Source: Candidatus Moraniibacteriota bacterium (GTDB taxonomy: Bacteria > Patescibacteriota > Minisyncoccia > Moranbacterales > DUUL01). From it: a stretch of 64,000 nt of DNA. This document shows positions 16,840 through 26,866 of this stretch, one piece after another; within the stretch, counting starts at the first letter, position 1, and every line of letters begins with the position of its first letter. The notes below the pieces were generated by a model. It made no database searches. It saw only the letters and a list, made by a program, of their open reading frames with translations, and was not told the DNA's origin. The translations under genes were made by a program, and so were the position numbers. Location: positions 77,382 through 141,381 of the forward strand of contig JBFHIG010000001.1 of the NCBI GenBank assembly GCA_041596615.1, in the 5' to 3' direction.

Positions 16840-17397
16840 ATGAATAACGAAACTTTAGAGAAAGCGAAAGAGAACTTCAAAGAGATTATTGATTTTTTTA
16901 AAGATGATTTAAAGACGGTTAGAACAGGTAGGGCAAACGTGAGATTGGTAGACAATCTAGAGATTGAATATTTTGGAGCAAAAACTCCTTTACAACAAGC
17001 AGCTTCAGTTACTACTTCTGATGCGCGTACTATAATTATTTCACCTTGGAGCAAGGACAGTCTTGTTGATATTGAGAAGGCGATTAGAGAGTCTGATCTA
17101 AACATCAACCCAACAAACGACGGGAATGTTATTAGATTGTCATTTCCGGCTTTGACTGAGGAACGAAGAATCGACCTGGTCAAAATCGTTGGCAAAAAGA
17201 CTGAAGATGCAAGAATTAAAGTCAGAAAAGTCCGCGAAGAGGCCTGGGACAAGATTCAAAAAATGGAAAAAGATGGAGAAATAGCCGAGGATGAAAAGTT
17301 TATTCAAAAAGAGCGCCTTCAATCGATTGTGGATGAACAAAATAAGTTAATAGAGAAAATTTCAAAAGAAAAAGAAGTCGAAGTTATGCAGGTTTAG
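16840..17397 (+). CDS. frr: Ribosome recycling factor
   Basis: RTGRAN, LNINPTNDG, PALTEERR. Confidence 0.97.
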   Translation: MNNETLEKAKENFKEIIDFFKDDLKTVRTGRANVRLVDNLEIEYFGAKTPLQQAASVTTSDARTIIISPWSKDSLVDIEKAIRESDLNINPTNDGNVIRLSFPALTEERRIDLVKIVGKKTEDARIKVRKVREEAWDKIQKMEKDGEIAEDEKFIQKERLQSIVDEQNKLIEKISKEKEVEVMQV

Positions 17398-17474
17398 AGC
17401 TGTTGTTGCTCGATACGAGAGCACCTTTGGGGTATTTTGGAATTAGATAAAAAATTTAAAAGAAAGAAAAATAA

Positions 17475-18653
17475 ATGATAGCAGTTATAGTTTTTATAGT
17501 AATTCTTGGAACACTTGTTTTTGTTCATGAAGCAGGTCATTTTTTCGTCGCCAGAAAAAATGGGATTGCCTGTGAAGAATTTGGACTCGGATTCCCCCCG
17601 AGAGTCGCTGGTTTTTATAGAGATAAAGAGGGAAAGTTGAGATGGGTTTGGGGTGGCAAGGAAGTCACCAAGGATGTAAAAGGCAAGGACAAAACACTTT
17701 ATTCTTTGAATTTGATACCCATTGGAGGCTTTGTAAAAATTAAAGGAGAGGACGGGGAAGATAAAGATGCTAAAGACTCATTCGCGAGTCAAACAATTTT
17801 TGTTAGGTTTAAAGTTCTTTTTGCTGGTGTAGCGATGAACTTTATTATTGGAGCACTTTTTTTTGGTTTTGCTTTTTGGTTGGGATTGCCAGAGGCTATT
17901 AGCGATGAAGACACGGCCACAAACGCAAAAGTTCAGATTACTGCTGTGGCAAAAAATACTCCAGCCTCAGAAGCAAAACTTAAAGCGGGAGATGTTATAT
18001 TTGCTGTTGTGGATAACGACAAGGAAATAAAGATATCAAAAGTTTCCGATTTAAGGCTCGCAACAGAAGGGAAGGAAGGTCAAGAAGTGGATATACAAGT
18101 AATTCATCCTGGTGATGAAAATGTTTCGCTAGTTTCAGTTTTAGTTAGAAATAAAGACGACATCCCTGAAGGTCAAGGAGCAATAGGTGTTGAATTGATA
18201 AGAACTCAGTTCGCAAAATATGGATTTTTTGAGTCAATGTGGATGGGCGTTGAAACAACAGGAAGAATTGTTGTTGCGATTTTTCAATTTCTTGGTGACT
18301 TAATTGTGAGGCTGGTTACCCCGAAACCAATGACCTCTGAAGTTGCTGGTCCTATAGGGATTGCCGTTATGACAGGACAAGTAGCTAAGATGGGATTGGC
18401 ATTTATTTTGCAATTTGCAGCAATGCTTTCTGTGAATTTAGCAGTTATAAATCTTTTGCCACTCCCAGCGCTGGATGGTGGAAGAATAATTTTTCTTTTA
18501 ATCGAAAAGTTGAAAGGAAGACCTGTTAGTGAAAAATTCGAAGGAATGGTGCATACCATAGGTTTTATTTTTCTTATGTCTATGATGGTTTTAATAACAA
18601 TAAAAGACTTTAAAACTTTTGAGATTCTGCAGAAAATAAAAGATCTGTTCTAA
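17475..18653 (+). CDS. rseP: RIP metalloprotease RseP (M50, PDZ)
   Basis: HEAGH, IPIGGFV, GPIGI, NLLPLPALDGG. Confidence 0.95.
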   Translation: MIAVIVFIVILGTLVFVHEAGHFFVARKNGIACEEFGLGFPPRVAGFYRDKEGKLRWVWGGKEVTKDVKGKDKTLYSLNLIPIGGFVKIKGEDGEDKDAKDSFASQTIFVRFKVLFAGVAMNFIIGALFFGFAFWLGLPEAISDEDTATNAKVQITAVAKNTPASEAKLKAGDVIFAVVDNDKEIKISKVSDLRLATEGKEGQEVDIQVIHPGDENVSLVSVLVRNKDDIPEGQGAIGVELIRTQFAKYGFFESMWMGVETTGRIVVAIFQFLGDLIVRLVTPKPMTSEVAGPIGIAVMTGQVAKMGLAFILQFAAMLSVNLAVINLLPLPALDGGRIIFLLIEKLKGRPVSEKFEGMVHTIGFIFLMSMMVLITIKDFKTFEILQKIKDLF

Positions 18654-18669
18654 TTTGAATTTCGTTGCT

Positions 18670-18719
18670 TTGACACACCCCAATTTATCCGTTAAGATAG
18701 GGATAAATTGGGGTGTTTT
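18670..18719 (+). promoter_or_regulatory. Sigma70 promoter whose -10 lies in the loop of a 16-bp inverted repeat (also a candidate rseP terminator)
   Basis: TTGACA(18670)-17-TAAGAT(18693); ACACCCCAATTTATCC / GGATAAATTGGGGTGT then TTT. Confidence 0.65.
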
Positions 18720-18795
18720 GTCGTCTTTGGTTTTTTATAAAGAAAAAGCACTTAAAGAAAGTTGATTTTAAGAAGAGATAAATAAATATAATTCA

Positions 18796-20505
18796 ATGAA
18801 ATTTATGCGTCAATCAAGGCTATTTGGAAAAACTTCAAAAACCGTTTCAAAAGAACTAAAAGCTATTAGTCATAAATATTTGCACCAAGGAGGTTTTATT
18901 CGCGAATCAACTGCTGGCAGGTATTATTTTTTGCCACTTGGAATCAGAGTCAGAGATAAGGTCGCAAAAATTATCGAGGAGGAGATGGACAGAGCGGGTG
19001 CTCAAAAAATGATTACCCCAGCTTTACATCCTTTGGAGCTTTGGAAAGAAACCAATAGAACTGACACAGCTGGGTTCGAACTTATGACCCTTGAAGATCG
19101 TCGTGGCTCTTCATTTGCTCTCGGTGGGACGGCAGAGGAAATGATAGTTGACCTTGTCAGAGGATATAACATAAGTTATAAGGATTTGCCTTTTAACATC
19201 TATCAATTTTCTTCAAAATTTCGCGATGAACTTCGTGCAAGAGGGGGGCTCTTAAGAGCACGAGAGTTTGTTATGAAAGATGGCTACTCTTTTCATGCCA
19301 ACGAAGAATGTTTCAAGAAAGAATATCAAAGTATGTGGGATACATATACTCGAATATTTGAAAGACTAGGGATGAAGTCATATGCTGTAGAGGCAGATAA
19401 TGGATATATTGGTGGCGAGTATTGTCACGAATTTGTTGTTGAATGCGAGGCTGGAGAAAGTGTATTTTTTGTTTCTGAAGATGAAGAATATATTGCCCAT
19501 GAAGATGTAGCTAAATTTAAAAGAGAAGATGTTAATTCAGAAGAAGAAATAAAAAATCTTGAAATCATTGAACAACCAGAATGGGTAAAGACAATGGAAG
19601 ATGTTCAAAAGCATTATAAGTTGCCAGCCTCAAGATTTTTAAAGAATGTTGTGTATAAAAATCGTATTTCAGAGGAAATTATAATTGCAACGATCAGGGG
19701 TGATTTAGAGGTTAATAAAACAAAACTGGAACAAGTTCTCGACATGGTTGGGATGCTCGAAGATGCTACAGAGAAAGACCTGGCTTTTATTGGAACAAAG
19801 ACCGGATATGTTCATTCCTGGGGTCACAAAAATTGCACATACATTGCCGATTTATCGCTTAGGACGGTGAAAAATTTTATCGGTGGACAAAAAGAGGAGA
19901 AAACTGACTCAATCAATGTTAATTATGGAAGAGATTTTGAGCATGAAATTATTGCTGATATCGCAATGGCAAAAAATGGTTTTTTGACTGAAGATGGGAA
20001 GCAAAAACTCGAAGAAAAGAGAGGTGTTGAGGTGGGGAATATTTTTCAACTTGGGAAACATTATTCATCTAGAATGAACGCAACTTTTGTTGATGCGGAA
20101 GGAAAGGAGAATCAATATTATATGGGTTGTTATGGAATTGGCTTAGGGAGAAATGTTGCAACGGTTGTTGAGAAGCATCATGATGAAAAAGGAATTATTT
20201 GGCCTTCGCAAATTGCTCCGTTTAAAGTTCATTTAATTGGAATACCTGGGAGAGATGGCTCTGCACGGAAAGAGATTGACGAATTTTACAAAGAGCTTCA
20301 AGAAAAAGGAATCGAGGTTTTATATGATGATCGCGATATAAATCCGGGAGAGAAATTTGCCGATGCAGATCTTATTGGTTGTCCTTATAGAATTGTAATT
20401 AGTCCAAAGACAATCGAACAGGGGAAGGTGGAGTTTAAAAAAAGAGCAGAGAAGGATGCACAGATAATTGAGAAGGAATCCTTATTCGAAATGCTATTAA
20501 AATAA
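18796..20505 (+). CDS. proS: Proline--tRNA ligase with INS editing domain (start may be 18805)
   Basis: KFRDELRARGGLLRAREFVMKDGYSF, GVEVGNIFQLG, MGCYGIG, GEKFADADLIG. Confidence 0.97.
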   Translation: MKFMRQSRLFGKTSKTVSKELKAISHKYLHQGGFIRESTAGRYYFLPLGIRVRDKVAKIIEEEMDRAGAQKMITPALHPLELWKETNRTDTAGFELMTLEDRRGSSFALGGTAEEMIVDLVRGYNISYKDLPFNIYQFSSKFRDELRARGGLLRAREFVMKDGYSFHANEECFKKEYQSMWDTYTRIFERLGMKSYAVEADNGYIGGEYCHEFVVECEAGESVFFVSEDEEYIAHEDVAKFKREDVNSEEEIKNLEIIEQPEWVKTMEDVQKHYKLPASRFLKNVVYKNRISEEIIIATIRGDLEVNKTKLEQVLDMVGMLEDATEKDLAFIGTKTGYVHSWGHKNCTYIADLSLRTVKNFIGGQKEEKTDSINVNYGRDFEHEIIADIAMAKNGFLTEDGKQKLEEKRGVEVGNIFQLGKHYSSRMNATFVDAEGKENQYYMGCYGIGLGRNVATVVEKHHDEKGIIWPSQIAPFKVHLIGIPGRDGSARKEIDEFYKELQEKGIEVLYDDRDINPGEKFADADLIGCPYRIVISPKTIEQGKVEFKKRAEKDAQIIEKESLFEMLLK

Positions 20506-20546
20506 AATATTCACAACAAGGTGGGGCAGTTTTAAAAGACAAAAAC

Positions 20547-20864
20547 ATGATAAGACATCTATCAACAGAAGAATACAAGAAACTTATCCAGAATAAAAAA
20601 GTCTGGAACCTTGATGTTAGAGAGAGTTATGAATTTGAGGACGGTCACATCGAAGATGCCATATTAGCTCCCTCTACAAGATTCGATGAATTTTTCGATG
20701 AGTTGAAAATAAAGAAAGTCGAAAAAATTGCCTTGTATTGCAGAAGTGGAAGCAGAAGTGCTTTTGTCGCTAAAAAGCTTGTTGAGAGGGGATATGAGAA
20801 TGTTTATAACCTAGAACTTGGTCTCATAGATTGGCAAAGAAAAGGATTTGAAGTTATTAAATAA
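20547..20864 (+). CDS. Rhodanese-like domain protein
   Basis: LDVRE..EF..GHI, YCRSGSRS. Confidence 0.92.
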   Translation: MIRHLSTEEYKKLIQNKKVWNLDVRESYEFEDGHIEDAILAPSTRFDEFFDELKIKKVEKIALYCRSGSRSAFVAKKLVERGYENVYNLELGLIDWQRKGFEVIK

Positions 20865-20913
20865 GTCGAATGTGCTGTTTCTTATAAATATAATATAAAG
20901 TCGGAAAAAGAAT

Positions 20914-21972
20914 ATGAATATACTGAATAAATTTTTTGGAAGAATATCTCATGACATTGGTATAGATTTGGGAACAGCGAATACACTTGTTTATGTTAAG
21001 GGTAAGGGCATTGTAATTAACGAACCTTCTGTCGTTGCTGTTAATAAAAGAACCGGACAACTTCTGGCAATTGGAAAAGAGGCTCGGAAAATGGTTGGAA
21101 AAACACCGGGCCATATAGTTGTTTCTCGTCCCTTGGTGGATGGAGTTATCTCAGATTATGAGACGACCGAACAGATGTTGAAATACTTTATTCAAAAAAT
21201 TCACGTTGATACATTCACTCTTTTGCCTAGACCGAGAGTTATTGTCGGAATTCCTTCTGGTGTTACTGAAGTTGAAAAACGGGCTGTGTTTGATGCAACT
21301 ATAAGTGCTGGTGCCAGAGAAGCTTTTTTGATTGATGAACCTATGGCAGCTTCAATTGGAGCTCGTTTGCCAGTTCAAGATGCTGCCGGAAACATGATTG
21401 TGGATATCGGGGGCGGGACAACTGAAGTTGCAGTTATTTCTTTGGGCGGAGTCGTAATCAGCAGAAGCCTGAGGGTTGCTGGAGATGAAATGAATGAGGA
21501 TGTAATACGTTTTGCTCGAGATAAGCATAATTTGCTCTTAGGGGAGAGGAGTGCTGAAGATATTAAAATCGCAATTGGGAGTGCATATAAAATGGAGGAT
21601 GAGCTTGAAATGTCTATTCGTGGAAGAGATTTAATCAGTGGTTTGCCAAAAGAGGTTGTTATCAATGACACACAAGTAAGAGAAGCACTGTCAAGATCCA
21701 TTAAAATCATAGTGAACAGTATTAAATCAGCCATTGAAGAGACTCCTCCAGAGTTGGTTGGAGATATTATGCAAAGAGGGATAATTTTAGCTGGAGGAGG
21801 AGGTCTGATTAGAGGCTTGGATCGTTTGATTTCAGAACAAACAGAAATGCCAGTGAAAAGAATGGAGGATCCTTTAACAGCAGTTGTTAGGGGCACTGGA
21901 ATTGTTTTGGAAAATTTGGATGAACTAAGAGGTGTTCTGATGGAGTCTAGCGATGACAAAAGGCTTTGGTAA
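20914..21972 (+). CDS. mreB: Rod shape-determining protein MreB
   Basis: IDLGTANT, EPSVVA, DIGGGTTEVA. Confidence 0.98.
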   Translation: MNILNKFFGRISHDIGIDLGTANTLVYVKGKGIVINEPSVVAVNKRTGQLLAIGKEARKMVGKTPGHIVVSRPLVDGVISDYETTEQMLKYFIQKIHVDTFTLLPRPRVIVGIPSGVTEVEKRAVFDATISAGAREAFLIDEPMAASIGARLPVQDAAGNMIVDIGGGTTEVAVISLGGVVISRSLRVAGDEMNEDVIRFARDKHNLLLGERSAEDIKIAIGSAYKMEDELEMSIRGRDLISGLPKEVVINDTQVREALSRSIKIIVNSIKSAIEETPPELVGDIMQRGIILAGGGGLIRGLDRLISEQTEMPVKRMEDPLTAVVRGTGIVLENLDELRGVLMESSDDKRLW

Positions 21973-22004
21973 TAAAAAGGTACAGATAAAAGCACAAAAA
22001 GAAT

Positions 22005-22814
22005 ATGAATTTATCAAAAAAAAGCAATTTAGCAATTTTATTCATAGTCATTTTTTGTGTTATGATTTTAATGTTTTTCAATAGAAATGCTAAAAATAAG
22101 CCATTGGAGAGCCCAATTCGTTCTGCGGCAAATCCCGTGGCTAAGTTTTTTTCAGGAATAGGAGTGTGGTCGGATGACAAGTTTTCATTTCTAACAGAGA
22201 TTGGTAGTTTAAAGAATCAGAATAAAACCTTGTTTGAAGATAATGCAAAGTTAAAAGCAAAAATTGCAAAACTTGAAGATGTTGAGAAGGAAAATGAAGA
22301 GTTGAGAAATCAGATCAAATTGGCTCCTAGGGAAAAATATTCTTTAATAAGTGCTCTTGTTGTTGGGAAGGATTTGAAGGATCAAGGAGAGATGATTCAT
22401 TTGAATAGGGGAAAAAAGGATGGGATTAAAGAGCAGATGGCAGTTATTGTTGGAGAAGGGATTTTTATAGGTAAAGTCTTGGAAGTTTTTGAAAATTCTT
22501 GTGACGTAGAATTGCTTATAAATAGAAATTCAAAGATAAACGCAGAAATAATTAAGACTGGTGCGAAGGGAATCGCAAGGGGTCAATTTGGAACTTCGAT
22601 TGTTTTGGATATGATTCCTCAAGCAGTAAAAATAGAACATGGGGACGCCGTGATAACATCTGGTGTTGGTGGCATATTGCCCAGAGGACTTTTAATCGGG
22701 TATACGCAAGAGCCAATCCCAACTTCCGATCAGCTTTTTCAAAAAACTTCTTTAATTTTGCCATTTCAACTCGATAAACTGAGGGTGGTATGGATTGTTG
22801 ATGGTAAAAAATAA
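22005..22814 (+). CDS. mreC: Rod shape-determining protein MreC
   Basis: N-terminal TM, coiled coil (ENEELR), GDAVITSG.GGILPRGLLIG; operon position. Confidence 0.93.
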   Translation: MNLSKKSNLAILFIVIFCVMILMFFNRNAKNKPLESPIRSAANPVAKFFSGIGVWSDDKFSFLTEIGSLKNQNKTLFEDNAKLKAKIAKLEDVEKENEELRNQIKLAPREKYSLISALVVGKDLKDQGEMIHLNRGKKDGIKEQMAVIVGEGIFIGKVLEVFENSCDVELLINRNSKINAEIIKTGAKGIARGQFGTSIVLDMIPQAVKIEHGDAVITSGVGGILPRGLLIGYTQEPIPTSDQLFQKTSLILPFQLDKLRVVWIVDGKK

Positions 22815-22819
22815 ACCAG

Positions 22820-23353
22820 ATGAAAAAAACAATTTTTATATTTATTTTGTTAGTTTTTTTTCTACAATATTCATTTTTCTCTATGATTGATGGATTAGGG
22901 GCTATAAACTCAGGATTATTATTAAGTTTTTTGTTGGTAGTGTTTCTTCGCAGGAATTATCTAGAGAGTATCGGCTGGGCGATTTTTGGTGGACTTTTAA
23001 TGGATTATTTTTCTCAAGCACCTCTGGGTTTTTATATAATTAATTTCACGATTTTGATTTTTTTGGTCGATATTCTCAAGAGGAAGATTGCCCTGAAAGA
23101 GATGCACTTTTCTACTGTGTCGCTGATTGTTTTTGCAGGAGTAATTGTCTCGGATATTTTAGCAACGCTTTTTTTTAGCTTCCTTTCCTGGGTTAAGATA
23201 ACAAGTCAAATGCAAACGTTTAATTTTTCAATTAAATATTTTTTTGTAAGCATGGTTTTGTCGGTGGTTGGTTTGTTGTTTTACCAATTGATTATATTTA
23301 TTGAAAGAGTTTTTGGTATCGGCTCTAGGGAGATTAAAATAGATAAAATGTGA
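22820..23353 (+). CDS. mreD: Rod shape-determining protein MreD
   Basis: Multi-TM, GGLLMDYFS..PLG motif, between mreC and PBP2. Confidence 0.85.
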   Translation: MKKTIFIFILLVFFLQYSFFSMIDGLGAINSGLLLSFLLVVFLRRNYLESIGWAIFGGLLMDYFSQAPLGFYIINFTILIFLVDILKRKIALKEMHFSTVSLIVFAGVIVSDILATLFFSFLSWVKITSQMQTFNFSIKYFFVSMVLSVVGLLFYQLIIFIERVFGIGSREIKIDKM

Positions 23354-25359
23354 TGTTTAATAATAAGAAAAATAGGTTTACAAATAGAGATTTTGATATT
23401 GAAAATCCCTTGGAATATGTTTCAGAGGATGCTAGTTTTGTGTTTGAGGATGACGAAAAAGATGTTGATTCTACAAAAAACGATAAGAAATTATTGTGGA
23501 TCGCAACCTTTTTTCTATTAATAGCTTTATTTTCCAGAACTTTTTTCCTGCAAGTTATTAAGGGACCTTATTATAAGGAGGTTGCAGAAAATAATCGGGT
23601 TCGAGAAGTTGTGGTTAAAGCCCCAAGAGGGATTATCCGTGATAGGTATGGGGAGGTTTTAGCTCTTAATATACCCAGTTTCGAAGTTACTTTTGTTCCT
23701 TTGAATTTACCAGAAGATGAAAGTGCCTGGAAAGAATTGGTGGCAAAACTAGGAGAGCTTCTTGGTCAAGATTTAAATCAAGAAGAGGTTCTTTCTCAAA
23801 TGATGCAAGCTTCAAAAACTGACCAGAGAAGTTATTTGATTCAAAAAAACGTTGAGCAGGACAAGGCTTTCGAAATTATTGAGCGTTCAGTTGAATTTCC
23901 TGGAATATATATAGGGAAGACCGCCAGAAGAGAATATGTGGATGGTGAGATATTTTCAAAAATAATTGGCTATGACGGAAAGATAACCAAAGAGGAACTG
24001 GAGGAAAATCCGACATACTTAATGACTGATTATATTGGTAAAAATGGAATAGAATATACTTATGAAAAACAATTGCATGGAGAGCATGGGATGCATCGTT
24101 TTGAGGTGGATGCCTTAGGAAACATTAAAGAGGATCTTGGAGAAATAAATCCAGTTTCAGGGGACGGGTTGATTTTAAATATTGATGCAAAATTGCAGAA
24201 AGAGGCGACGGAAATTGCGAAGAGAACTCTTGAAATAAACAAGGACGCAACAGGAATAGCGATTGTGGCTCTTGATCCGCAAACTGGGGGCGTAAGGGCT
24301 TTGGTGAGCTTGCCAAGTTTTGATAACAATATGTTTGCGCGGGGAATTTCAAACAGTGAATATGCTGAGCTTGTTAATAACGAAAAAAAACCGCTTTTGG
24401 ATAGAGCTACTAAGGGGGAATATCCACCTGGTTCGCCTTATAAGATTATGATGGCAGCAGCAGCCTTAGAAGAAGGGGTTATTGCTGAAAATACCCAGGT
24501 TAATTGTGGAGGGGCGATTCATGTAGGCGCCTGGGCTTTTCCAGACTGGAAAACCCATGGAATAACAGACGTGAGAAAGGCAATCGCTCAAAGTTGTGAT
24601 GTTTTTTTCTATACGGTAGCTGGTGGCTGGGGAGACATTGGTGGTCTTGGTATCAAGCGAATGGAAATCTATGCCAACATGTTTGGTTATGGAAAGCCAA
24701 CGGGTATTGATTTACCAGGAGAACAAAGTGGAAATGTACCAAGTGGTGATTGGAAATTTAAACGTTTTGGGGAAAATTGGTATATTGGGGATACTTACCA
24801 TGCTGCAATTGGGCAGGGTTATGTTACAGCAACACCTTTGCAGGTTGCATATTCAATCTCTATTATTGCCAATGGAGGTAAATCAATCAAGCCCAAAATA
24901 GTCGACAAAATTTTGCACACTGACACAGGAGAGGAAGAGATTTTGAAGCCAGAAATAATCGAAGCACAGGTGGTTTCACAAAAAACTATCGACGTTGTTC
25001 GTAGAGGAATGAGGGACACCGTTTTTTCCGATGGTGGCTCAGGCTCAAGTTTGCGAAGTTTGAAGGTTGAAACTGCTGGCAAAACCGGGACGGCGCAATT
25101 TGGTGCGGACGAGAAATTACATTCTTGGTATTCTTCTTTTGCGCCATTTGAAAATCCCGAGCTAGCAATGATTGTTTTGGTTGAGGGTGGAGGAGAGGGG
25201 CATTCATGGGCAGTGCCAATCACCAAAGAAATCTACGAATGGTATTTTGATAGAAAGCGGGGGGAAATCAAAAAAGAAGGAGAAACAGAAATTGTACCAG
25301 TGGAGGTTGTTCCAGATGAGGCCATTCCAGAAGATACTCCTGTTATTGGGAGGGATTAA
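23350..25359 (+). CDS. mrdA: Penicillin-binding protein 2
   Basis: APRGIIRDR, PGSPYK (SxxK), SCD, GKTGTAQ. Confidence 0.93.
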   Translation: MMFNNKKNRFTNRDFDIENPLEYVSEDASFVFEDDEKDVDSTKNDKKLLWIATFFLLIALFSRTFFLQVIKGPYYKEVAENNRVREVVVKAPRGIIRDRYGEVLALNIPSFEVTFVPLNLPEDESAWKELVAKLGELLGQDLNQEEVLSQMMQASKTDQRSYLIQKNVEQDKAFEIIERSVEFPGIYIGKTARREYVDGEIFSKIIGYDGKITKEELEENPTYLMTDYIGKNGIEYTYEKQLHGEHGMHRFEVDALGNIKEDLGEINPVSGDGLILNIDAKLQKEATEIAKRTLEINKDATGIAIVALDPQTGGVRALVSLPSFDNNMFARGISNSEYAELVNNEKKPLLDRATKGEYPPGSPYKIMMAAAALEEGVIAENTQVNCGGAIHVGAWAFPDWKTHGITDVRKAIAQSCDVFFYTVAGGWGDIGGLGIKRMEIYANMFGYGKPTGIDLPGEQSGNVPSGDWKFKRFGENWYIGDTYHAAIGQGYVTATPLQVAYSISIIANGGKSIKPKIVDKILHTDTGEEEILKPEIIEAQVVSQKTIDVVRRGMRDTVFSDGGSGSSLRSLKVETAGKTGTAQFGADEKLHSWYSSFAPFENPELAMIVLVEGGGEGHSWAVPITKEIYEWYFDRKRGEIKKEGETEIVPVEVVPDEAIPEDTPVIGRD

Positions 25360-25528
25360 ATAGTTCACCATAGAGTGTCGTATTAATTTTCAGTTTAAAA
25401 ACACTTTAACAATCCCATCTTCCCGAGGAGGACGACCAGCAAGAGATTGAGGAGTAAGAGATGACAATTCCTTTTTCTGGTGCTATAATGACAAACGATT
25501 TGAAATAACAATTTTAAGGTAAATATAT

Positions 25529-26245
25529 ATGTCGGGACATTCAAAGTGGTCTACAATTAAACATAAAAAAGCAGCTTTGGACGCAAAAAGGTCCAATGTT
25601 TTTACGAAACTTGCTAAAGATATTACAATCGCAGCCCGTGATGGTGGCGACCCAAATATGAATTTTAAGCTTAGAATGGCGATGGATCGCGCGCGAAGTT
25701 CAAATATGCCAAAGGACAACATGGAAAGAGCTATCAAAGCTGGAACCGGAGAGAATAAAGATGGCGTTGTTATCGAAGAACTGGTTTATGAAGGGTATGG
25801 CCCAGGGCAAGTTGCAATGCTTGTAAAGACTGCTACTGACAACAAAAACAGAACTCTCGCTGAAGTTCGGAATGCATTGAATAAAAATGGAGGCAAGATG
25901 GTTGAGGGAGGGAGTGTTAGTTGGCAATTTGAGCAAGTGGGAGTCCTGGAGGTTGAAAAACCGGAAATGGACGAGGAAGAGCTAGAAATGATTTTTATTG
26001 AAGCGGATGTAAAGGACTACAAGGAAGAGGAAGATATTTGGTTTGTTTATACGGATATGACAAAACTTCAAAAAGTCCAAGAATCCCTTGAGAGTGCCGG
26101 ATTGAAAATAACAGCTGCCTCAATCGGTTATATTGCAAAGGATACAATTGAAATTGATGAGGATACACAAGAGAAATATGAGAAACTTTTAATGGCGCTT
26201 GATGAACAAGACGACGTTGTAGATATTTTTGATAACTTGTCATAA
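25529..26245 (+). CDS. yebC: YebC/PmpR family protein
   Basis: MSGHSKWSTIKHKK, YEGYGP, TDNKNRT. Confidence 0.96.
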   Translation: MSGHSKWSTIKHKKAALDAKRSNVFTKLAKDITIAARDGGDPNMNFKLRMAMDRARSSNMPKDNMERAIKAGTGENKDGVVIEELVYEGYGPGQVAMLVKTATDNKNRTLAEVRNALNKNGGKMVEGGSVSWQFEQVGVLEVEKPEMDEEELEMIFIEADVKDYKEEEDIWFVYTDMTKLQKVQESLESAGLKITAASIGYIAKDTIEIDEDTQEKYEKLLMALDEQDDVVDIFDNLS

Positions 26246-26257
26246 GGCAAATATAGA

Positions 26258-26776
26258 ATGGATTTAAAACAAAAAAAAGAAATAACAATTTTAGGAATTG
26301 ATCCAGGGACAGCCACCACAGGATGGGGGGTGATTGTTGAAAAAAAAGGAAATTGTGACGTTGTTGCATATGGTGCGATTGAGACCTCAAAGAACAAAGA
26401 AGGTGTCGCAAGGCTAAAAGAGATTGCTAATGATTTGGAAATAATAATAGCGAAGTATCAACCAGATGAAGTCGGAATAGAGGATTTGTTTTTTTGCAAC
26501 AACGTTACGACAGCAATTAAGGTTGCTCAGGCTCGTGGAGTAATGCTTTTAATATGCAGTAGGGCAAGGTTGCCAATTGGTGAATATACCCCATTACAAG
26601 TCAAACAGGCGCTTACTGGATATGGAAAAGCTGATAAGACTCAAGTCCAGCAGATGGTTAAGCAATTTTTGAAGCTTGGAAAAATCCCAAAGCCGGATGA
26701 TGCGGCAGATGCGTTGGCCGTAGCGATTTGTCATCAGAATTCTAGAAAAATAAAAGGACTGAACAAAATTGGGTAA
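26258..26776 (+). CDS. ruvC: Holliday junction resolvase RuvC
   Basis: ILGIDPG, QARGV, GYGKADK, DDAADALA. Confidence 0.97.
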   Translation: MDLKQKKEITILGIDPGTATTGWGVIVEKKGNCDVVAYGAIETSKNKEGVARLKEIANDLEIIIAKYQPDEVGIEDLFFCNNVTTAIKVAQARGVMLLICSRARLPIGEYTPLQVKQALTGYGKADKTQVQQMVKQFLKLGKIPKPDDAADALAVAICHQNSRKIKGLNKIG

Positions 26777-26866
26777 GTGTTTTATCTCTTAGAATGGTGC
26801 TTGTAAAAAACAGAAGGATTGGATATACTGTAGAACTGCGAATATGAAAAAGATAGCTTAAAATAA

